Shown: positions 55,661 through 64,000 of the stretch, in pieces
Layout of the letters: the number at the start of each line of letters is the position of its first letter
Position numbering within the stretch: the stretch's first letter is position 1
Assembly (NCBI GenBank): GCA_013265495.1
Contig: MU063252.1
Coordinates: forward strand, 2,542,001 to 2,606,000
From: Vicugna vicugna
Taxonomy: Eukaryota
Direction: 5' to 3'
DNA: 64,000 nt
Made by a program: the position numbers and the translations under genes
The notes under the pieces: generated by a model
The model's database searches: none
Seen by the model: the letters and a program-made list of their open reading frames with translations, nothing else
Told to the model about the DNA's origin: nothing

Positions 55661-58600
55661 GAGAAGGTAAGTTGCGTGGTGGTGGGTTGGAAGGTGGTGC
55701 CTGTTACAGAAGGACAAGCGGGGAGGCTGGGGGTCAGAGTGGACAGCCATCCCAGGGCAAGGTACGTCCATGGCTCACACTGTACCACATGGGCTGTGAC
55801 AGCTGCTGGAGGGAGAGAAATGGGGCAGAGGAGTAGGATACATGGGGTCACGTAGTTTTGAGTGTTTCCCCCCCCAAGACTGGCCAAGGTTCCCACCTCA
55901 TCATCACACCTCTCAGCAGCGCCTCCAACCCAGGCCCCCCCAGATCCCAACAGTGCACCCCAGAGGTCTCCAGCATTCCCCTTTCCAGCCCAGTTGCCTT
56001 CCTTGACCTCCAGCATCCACAATCATCTGTCCAGCTCACTCCTGCAACCAATCCTCCCTTTCTGGAGGCTTCACAAGTGGCTTGCAAGTATGAAGCAATG
56101 AACATGAAAAGCCAATGGGGCCAGAGGATCATTATCAAGAATTACCTGACCAGCCCAGCCTGCTCACCACCTTATCCTCAGGCAAAGAGAGAGGCTAAGA
56201 GAGGTCCAGCTGGCCTCTGCCCACCTGGGGGGACAGTGCAGGGAGCAGGAAAGGCTGAGGGGATGAGATGCCTGGAGAGAGGGAGGGAGACTGAGCTGAG
56301 GGGATCCAGGTAGCTGCCCCATGAGGGAAGGGCAGGAGCATGGGGTGGGGGGAGGATGAGGGGGCTGCACTCTGGACAGCTCCCACTCCAAAGGCAGGCA
56401 GAAAGCTCTCAAGGCTCAGGGAGCCTCCTGAAGAACACATTGAATCCCATTATGTCCACCAAGGGCTCTATGCTGCCAGGCCGTCGTGTCCTTCTCCATC
56501 ATCACCTCTCACCCTTGACTGTCCCACTGTCGGGCTTCAGACCCACAGGCAGGTCCAGGAGCCCACCCCTGCCCGCTCTCTTCCCTCCCCCCCCCCTAGC
56601 CCTGCTCCCCCTCCTCCCCTCTCCCTGGGTGGCCTCCCCTCCCACTTTGATGACTGACACTGTACAGCTGCCCACAGGGTGCTCCTGGACCCAGGGTCTT
56701 AGGATCCACCGTCCACTTGATATCTTAAAGGCCCAGCCCCACCCCAGCTTCTTCCTGTCCTGCCCGTCCTGCGCCCCAGCCTGGGTGGTCTGGACTCACA
56801 CAGGTGCAGGGCATGTGTGAAGATCCACCCAGCTGTCCCCCTAAGATCACTGCATTTACTGAACTTAGCGGGGGGGTGGGGACATAAGGAAAAAGCACTC
56901 TCTCTGATTCTGAGCCTTCTCCCTGCCTTCCTCACCACACCCCTGTTCCAGGCCACCACCATCACTTACCTGGATTCCCACAGGGCCCCTCCAGGAGCTG
57001 CTTCCTCTCCCACCCCTGGAGTCTATACTCCCTTGGGCTCCCTACCCCCACCATGCCCTCCACACTCAAGACCCTCCAGTGCCCCCCCCCCACATTAGCC
57101 ACTCTCTACTCCTCCACCCAGGGCCTTTGCATAGGCGGTTCCCCCACCTAGGACATTTCTGCTAGAGACCCTCATGGCTCCAGTGTCACCTGTCAGAGGC
57201 GTCCTATCATTTCTAACCCCAGCCCTAGTCCATTCTCCCCCATCATCATATTTATCTCCATCTGACACAAGTCTCTGCTTATCACCTGCAGCCCTCTGGA
57301 TGTAGCTTTGGGAGGGTGGGGACTTCGTCTCACTCCTGAGCTTACACAGAGCTGGGCATCCTGGGCCCCCAGCCACACTGAAGGATGAACCAACCAACCC
57401 TGGACCCCCTCCTGGGATGTCCAGGAAGCACAGAGGGAAGTCAGCACTTACTATCCTGATGTTAAAGATTGGGGTTGTAACCCAAAAGCAAAGAAAAGCT
57501 GGAGTAGGTTTTCAGTTTTGCTTGTTTTCTCATACATTTTGGTACTTAAATTTTTATTAGGATCGAGTGTCAGAGAATTGTGAGCAGTTTGTTTTTGGTG
57601 AAAAGTTTCTAAGCCTGGACATTTGATCAGGTTGTTTTGGGACCTCCAGGGCCCCCCACTGAGGGAGGGCATCTAGCTTGGGGGTCATTGTCCAGACCCT
57701 GAGCTGGGTTTATGGGGAAGGGCCTGGGCCCTGGATCCAAATCCTAGCCCCACCCCGGGCCCTGGTCAGCAAATGGCCTGCAGAATGAAGAGCCCACCCA
57801 TCAGAGGGGCAGGCTTCTGCTTCAAGAAGGCAGGAGATGGAAGGGGGCATAGGGCGGCCCTGGGAGGCCCTCCCTCTAGAAGGTGACCTGGAGGATAGGG
57901 GTGTGCCCAGACCTGGAGTGCTCATGGGGAAGAGGTGCAGACGGGGCTGCAGCTGCACAGGGAAGCAGCGACTTAATGGGGTACTGAAGTCTCCTGGGCT
58001 AAAATGCAGCACTATCGTATCAAAAATCATTATCAAGAATTACAGTATCAGGTGCTCCCCTCCCAGCTCCCCCCTCTCCCTTAAAGCCCCTGGAGGCACA
58101 TGCTGCTAGGGGTTGGGAGATGCCCTCTATTCAAGGCTTTGTGTCACCCCCTCACCCCCTCCACCCCGTCTAATCCATCACCAGGTCACACCGATGCCCC
58201 CAAAGAGACTCCCCAGCCTACACATGTCCTCCCTCCCCTCTGCCACCCTCATGGCCAGGCCTTCAGCTCTTAAGAGCCAGGGTGGTGGCCACCCTCATCA
58301 CTGGCTTCCTGGCAGTCTCCTTACAGCCCTTCTCCCACCCAGCAGCCAAAGTAACGACCCCTACTCACAAATTCCACCCCAGCCTTCCTGCTCCTCCCTC
58401 TCCCTCCCCAGAAGCTTCCTGGAGACCTTGCCAGGAGGCTCCCCTATGTCTGCTGGCTCTGCTCAGCCTCCAGGACTTAGTTCAGGGACCCCTTAAGAAC
58501 CTCTTACCCACACCAACTCCCACAACAAGGATGCCCATGGCCACACCTGAAAGCCCAGACAGGGATGGGACTGACACACGGTGATTCCCTTGCCTGCCGG

Positions 58601-59289
58601 GCTAATGAATAAACCACCTGAGGTGATGTACCCAAATCAAAACTAATCTCGGGAGGAAAAACACAAGGTGCCCAGTGACACTGACCATGATTGTCATTTC
58701 TAGAACTATTCTAAACCCACATGGCACCACTTAAAGTGTTCAAGGATATACACACACACAAAGCAAATGTTTAGATCTCCCCCCCACCCCAATTTCGGAG
58801 CCTCTGGGGCTGAAGGGGGAAGAGATGCAAAGGGGAAAAAAGGGCCTTCAACTGTCCCTGTCACTTTCATCCCCTTATTTAAAAAGACCTGAAACCAATG
58901 ACCAAATGCACGTGCTAGTTAGTTCTGAGTGGTAAGTGCTCTCACGGCTTCCCTGTAGGTTGGAGTGTTCATTATTTACAGGGGGAGAAGCTGTGTCATC
59001 CTGCAGGCAGCCCCCTCAGACCCCAGCATCCCCCTCAACCACCCTGTCACACCTGCATTGTGCTCCCTGGACTCTGCACTCACCACTGCTTGCTGTGAGC
59101 CCCCCGAGGGCAGGGACCCATCATCCGTGCACCCAGCAGGCACTCAGTCCATTTCTGGAACAGACTAGTGTTGAGATGGGGAACCCCCACGACAGGGCAC
59201 AGGACAGGGGCCCAAGAAGGAAGGAGAGGAAGGGCAGAAGGCAGCAGGGTGAGATTGGGGAGGACAAGCAGTTCAAGAGTCAAGGACCC

Positions 59290-59480
59290 AAGTAGTGGAA
59301 CCCCCTTCACCCCGTTTCACAGAGGAGGAAACCAAGGCCCAGAGACAGAAAGCGGCTCTGTTGGTGGCTGCCTGTGAGGGGTGCGCTACCTGCAGCCTCT
59401 CAGCCAGTCCTTGTGAGAATCCTGCCATGCCAGTTGTCCACACTTCAGATGAGGAAGCTGAGGCACAAAGCAAGCAGCCC
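59290..59480. mobile_element. MIR fragments
   Basis: ccccgtttcacagaggaggaaaccaaggcccagaga; cacttcagatgaggaagctgaggcaca. Confidence 0.6.
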
Positions 59481-60149
59481 ACCTCTCCCGTGGATCAGCC
59501 CCAAGCTTCTGAAAGCTTTCCTGTGCCCTAGAGCCTGAGACTTCAGCAGGCCCCTTCTCCTGGGGCCCAGCATCCCATCGGGGAAATGGATGTTACCATC
59601 TGGTGTTTCCCAACTTTCTTTAGCAGCAGAACTTCACCTCCAAATCAGTGCTTAAATGGGACCCTCTATAAGAAATGGATAAGTGTACGATGGCTCTGAC
59701 CAAAGATGGGACTGGAGAACAGGTGATATAATGGGACCTTCAGCCTCCATGTGCGGTACTTCTGTAGATCCCAGCAACCTCCAAGAATCTCTGCTGGGCA
59801 GGCTAGGGAGTAAGGGTATGATGGGGGAAGGGGGCCAGGAATTCAAATAACCCCCTCTTATAGCCCTGGCTGAGAGACGAGGCCAGGTTCAAAGAATCAA
59901 AATCCTGGATTGTCCAGTGGGATTGAAACCCAACTCCAAACCCCACCATCCCAGCTCAAACCTGTTAGTCCCTCCCTTATCTTCACAGTCACCACTTAAG
60001 CTGCCATCTTTAGCTTTCTCCCAGATAGCTGTGCCTGCACACCCCCTACCCAGGTCCCCTGACCCTCTACCCCAGCCCGACCCCCAGTAAGCCCCACTCC
60101 ACAAAGGAGGTGGAGGACACTTTTGAACACAAGCTTCTCTGGCCCACAG

Positions 60150-60440
60150 GTCATGCCCTGACCTGGGGAACCAGCCCCAGCTCTTTGGCCTGGCCTTACC
60201 CCAGGGCCTTTGCACTTGCTGTGCCCTCAGCCACCTGCTTTTCCTCCAGGCCTCTGCACACCTGACATCTTCCTCACACCTCACTATGACACCCTTTCCC
60301 TTCTTCATAGCACATCTCAAGATCCTCCCATCGGCTTGCTGCATAACTCCCTTGCCTCCCTGCTAGGATGTGGGCTTCTTGAGGGCCAGGGCCTGCCTTC
60401 CCAACCCAGAACACAGCCCAGCATATATCTGACCAAGTGA
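60150..60440. mobile_element. L2 fragment
   Basis: cagggcctttgcacttgctgtgccctc ... ttcttgagggccagggcc. Confidence 0.55.
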
Positions 60441-61599
60441 ACAATTCCCACTGGGGTAGTGGTAGACCCAAAACCCCAGCAGCCAGAGTACAAGGATGGT
60501 CGGGGACAGGCAAGGATCCCCAGGAGTGGGCTGGCCATGCCAGACACCCCCTGCTTCCAACCTGGCAGGAGGCACGTATCAGCTTCAAAAAGTCTTCCTG
60601 CTTCATGGTGCTTGGAAATGGAGTCCAACCTCATAACTGTGCAGATAGACAAGAGAGGCCTGGAGGAGCAGTCATCTGTCTAGCGTCTTCCGGCCACAAG
60701 AACTTCTTCGCCAAAATTACCCCAAGGCTGAGTAGAAAATGGACACTCATCCTTGTGTAGAGGGGGCTCCCAATATCAGTCCAGGCAGAAAAGGCAGGAC
60801 AGGAGAAGGGGGCTGACACCCATGTCCAGAGATCTTCTTCACTGCCTAGATGTTCAGCTCCTTCCTCCTGCTCTGGTCCTCAAGGAGACTCATCATGGGA
60901 CCTCTCCTTTATGACCCAGCCTCCTCTCTGCTCCAGAAGCTGGGTTCCCACCCTAGGCCACCCTAGGTGACTCGACTACTAGGATCTTGCGACTCAGCCA
61001 TTGGCCATCAGCCATGGCAAGCCTTCCGTTCTCTCTGGCACTGTAACAATACTGCAAACCTTTGAGTGCCCTTGCTGTGAGACAGTCACAGCTCCTAGCA
61101 CCTTTCAAATGCCCCCCAAACCTAAGAGATAGCACTATTATATTATGTCTGCACTTCTCAGGAAAGGAAAGTGAGCTTGGGGGAGGGGACGCTCCCTCAC
61201 CAAAGCCACAGAGCAGGTAAGTGGCAGTATCAAAGGCAAGCACAGCAGCCCAGTTTAAGGCCGCCTCCCCACCTCCAAAAGCTCTGATACCCCTCAGCCC
61301 CTCACCGCAGAGTCTGGGAGGTACCTGTCCTACCAGCCTGAGAGCACCTGCCACCCACAGCCCAGGGTCACGCCAAGAACAAATGGGGGCTTCGGGTTTG
61401 TAAGTCTTGCAGCTTTCCCAGGGGCTTCACCCACCTGTCCCAGCCCAGGCTGGACAGGTGGCCTTGTTGGGTGGGGGCGCCCCTCAAGCCCTGCCCTAGT
61501 CTCTAAAGCTCTTCCCGAAGAGTGGGGGTCTCAGAGCGGCCAGTCTCGACTGCCCCGGAAACTTCCCTGGAGAATAGGGAAAGCAGTAGGAATCCAGAC

Positions 61600-62480
61600 C
61601 CCGCGCGCACAGGCATCCAATTCTCCACCGTCGAGGAGGTCTCGCTACCCTCTAGTCCCGATCTGATCTCGCGCGCACCCGCTAATCTCGCGCCCCTCGG
61701 GTCTCCTACGTTCCTTCAACTCTCACGACCTCTTGAATCTCGCGCGTCCCCTCAAATCTCGCGTCCCTTTTAAGCCCCTCACACCTCTTGGGTCGTACGC
61801 ACTCCTACGTATCTCGAGAGCCCTCGCGCCCCGTGGGTCCCGCGCGCCCCCTCAAACCTCGCGACCCCCTGAACGCGCTCCGGCCCCGAAAGCCCTGCAC
61901 CCCGTACGCACGTGCCCAGCGCGGTGCCGGGGCCCACGGAAGCGGCGCTATCCCCCAGCCCCGCCCCCGGCTCCCGCGGTCCCGGTCCACCGACTCACTT
62001 CTCGCGTGCCTGGCTATCGGAGGGCACAGCCGAGCCCTTGCCCCCCTTGGCGTACATGCTGCTCCAAGCCGCCGCCGCCGCCGGGGCCCACACCTGTCAG
62101 GCGGCACCGCGGTCCGCGCTCCCGGTCGCCATAGCTACCCGGCGCCCGGGGCCTCACGGCCCCGAGCCCCGCACGGGCATCGCGGGCTTTGTCCGCGCGG
62201 GGGAGCTCCAGACGGCCGAGACGGCGGCGGCGGCAGCTCCAGCTTTGGCTCTGGCCGCGGGTTTTATTTTCTTCCTCTCTTCGTTCAGCGCGGGCTGTTC
62301 CGGGAAGCGCGCGCCCCCTCCTCCCGCCGCGCGCGCCCCCGCCCGCCGCCTCCCCGTCGCCCGCGGGCGCCGCTCTTAAAGGGGCGATGGCGGGAGCGCG
62401 GGTGGGTCCCGCCGCCGGGACCGTGGGCCGGGCGCGCACGCGCAGTGCCCGCCGCGGAGGGAGGAGGCGTGGGGCACTAG
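61600..62480 (-). promoter_or_regulatory. SSBP4: SSBP4 CpG-island promoter, 5' UTR and start of intron 1
   Basis: Very high CpG density around exon 1; GC boxes; X-box-like GTCGCCATAGCTAC at 62125-62138. Confidence 0.8.
61999..62057 (-). CDS. SSBP4: SSBP4 exon 1 coding part (MYAKGGKGSAVPSDSQARE)
   Basis: ATG at 62057; donor AA|gtgagt. Confidence 0.95.
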
Positions 62481-62730
62481 TGGGGACAGCCACCCGGGGG
62501 TACACAGCGGGGCTCAGCTGATCACGGCTAGACACACACTCTATCCAGACAGAACAAGCCACCCACATTGTACACCCAAGAAAGCAGCCACACTTAGTTG
62601 CGGCTACACACTCCGACACATGACTTTACACACATAAATCCTCACAGTTACTGGAACAACTACTGATAGCCCCATAAAGCTACAGGCAGTCACACTTGGT
62701 GTATCACCCCGCAGAGCTACCTACACCCAG

Positions 62731-62763
62731 CACACACACGCACACACACACACACACACACAC
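62731..62763. repeat. (CA)n microsatellite with one interruption, upstream of SSBP4
   Basis: cacacacacgcacacacacacacacacacacac. Confidence 0.9.
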
Positions 62764-63559
62764 CCGCTCAGGGACACACTGTCATACACGTAGATATACA
62801 GAGCTCAAATAATGGTTGTTACAGAATATTGAAAACAGACTACATTCATGTAGGCACACAGCCGCAAAAGACATGCATCGGCACGGCTGTGCCACAGCTT
62901 CCAACAGCTGTGGGAAGAGTCCACGCAGCTGCTAGCGGTCACCCTGGGCACACCGTCGCAAACTCCGGAGGGCTCCTCACAGGGACCTGGGGTCTCACCA
63001 AACCACAGAGGACTCAGTGTCACAGAGTCACATGCAACACAAAGACTGCACAGACCAAAAGCTCCTGGGGTACTCAGGCCACACCCTGGAAGCCACTCTG
63101 CACTGCCCCACAGTCAACACCTCGTGTCAATAGTAGGTGCTAGGTGACTGTTGTTTACTGACTGGGTCACTCCCGCTGGCTCCGCCTCTCAGCCTACAGC
63201 TGCCAGCTGTAAAAGGGATGCATTCCACCTTTAATTACCCCCCTACAGGAGTCGGGTGCAGGGAGTGCCTCTTTCCCCCACCTGGAGCCCTTCTTCTCCC
63301 CCTAGAGGGTGTGCAGAGGAGGTGGGGGCCAACACTGAGGCAAGGACTCCCGCAGGGCAGGGGCACCTGGGAGGGATGGAGTCCTGTGTGCCCGGCCACC
63401 CGTGTGCCGTGTGCGCTGGCTGTGTGTGGGCCGAGTCGGGGAGGCGGTCCAGTTGCGACTCTAGGTCTGGATGCTTTTATGATTGTTTGCCATAGGTATT
63501 CTGTTTGCCGTATATGACCGCGGGTGTGTTTGTGTGTGTGTAAACACGCGGTTCCTGTC

Positions 63560-64000
63560 TGAATGCACGTGTGCGTCGTTGTGCGTGGGGAATTGGCAGG
63601 AACCTCGTCGCTGTCCGGGCAACCGTCCCTAGCTCTGCGGCCGTGGTGGTGCGTCCGCGGCGGTTGTGCTGGGCCGAGTGACGCCGCGTCAGGCTTTGTG
63701 CACTAGTGTGTGTGCCTCCGCGAGTGGGTGGATTGCTGGCCCCCTGGGATCTGTGCTGTGTGGTGGTGCGCTCAGATTTCCCGTGTCGTGTGTGTCTCCA
63801 TCCGAGCGCCCCTCCCGCTGCCCGCCGACCCCCCCATCATGCTTTCCTCTTAGAAGTCCCCCCACTACCCTCCCCCCTGCAGCCTTCTGACGGGCGGGAA
63901 GTCGCGAACCGCTGGGGTTCCAGACAGGCGAAGAGGAAGGGAAGGGCCAAGCGGCCCCAGCCCCGCCCCCATCCCGAGGGGCCCGGGCCGGGGGTTGGAG
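63560..64000. promoter_or_regulatory. Second CpG-rich segment about 1.5 kb upstream of SSBP4 exon 1, running off the window
   Basis: CpG-dense; E2F-like GGCGGGAA at 63893-63900; GC boxes. Confidence 0.5.

Larger units (their letters stand above)
46646..62057 (-). other. SSBP4: SSBP4 CDS span (single-stranded DNA-binding protein 4, SSDP/LUFS family); 362 aa without exon 6, assuming exon 17 is 108 nt
   Basis: N-terminus [75 protein letters not shown]; Pro/Gly/Met-rich body; C-terminus YSPGMTMSV*. Confidence 0.97.

Noticed and set aside
55660-61225. Several + strand GTAAGT donors within SSBP4 intron 1 as a spliced antisense lncRNA
   Set aside because: No matching acceptors or promoter could be assembled into a coherent model from sequence alone.
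61788-62619. 200-230 aa ORFs over the SSBP4 CpG island
   Set aside because: CpG islands are depleted of stop codons; only 61999-62057 matches known protein.
1-64000. CRISPR arrays, operons, prophage, rRNA or snoRNA/miRNA genes
   Set aside because: This is mammalian intron-exon DNA. No regularly spaced repeat-spacer array or convincing box C/D, H/ACA or pre-miRNA hairpin was seen by eye; an Infernal/Rfam scan would be needed to exclude small RNAs fully.

Overview
GC-rich mammalian genomic window carrying three intron-containing genes in the conserved ELL-ISYNA1-SSBP4 order. The species is probably a camelid, inferred from a tRNA-Ala-derived SINE. (1) ELL, + strand: coding exons 2-11 are located with GT-AG boundaries; exon 1 lies upstream of the window; the last coding exon apparently falls in an N gap at 37347-37478; the 3' UTR runs to about 39540. 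(2) ISYNA1 (myo-inositol-3-phosphate synthase), + strand: complete, 10 coding exons, 557 aa. (3) SSBP4, - strand, convergent with ISYNA1: 18 exons, with exon 17 partly in a gap. Introns hold old L1, L2, MIR, MLT, MER20 and MER21 fragments, an ERV1-type solo LTR and one SINE with an intact target-site duplication. There are six N gaps. No CRISPR array, intact transposon or true tRNA/rRNA gene was found, and nearly all listed six-frame ORFs are GC-rich noise. The best second-look signals concern RNA processing and regulation. These are a well-formed 62-nt stop-containing (poison-type) cassette exon in ELL intron 6, further cryptic ELL exon, splice-site and poly(A) candidates, and a lost or shifted acceptor at SSBP4 exon 6. 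SSBP4 also has a stop-free in-frame intron 2, two upstream ORFs in frame with its start codon, an ATCTCGCG motif array in intron 1 and an internal CpG island in intron 4. Gene names, exon numbering and cross-species comparisons come from recalled orthologue sequences, not from a database search. Repeat boundaries are approximate.
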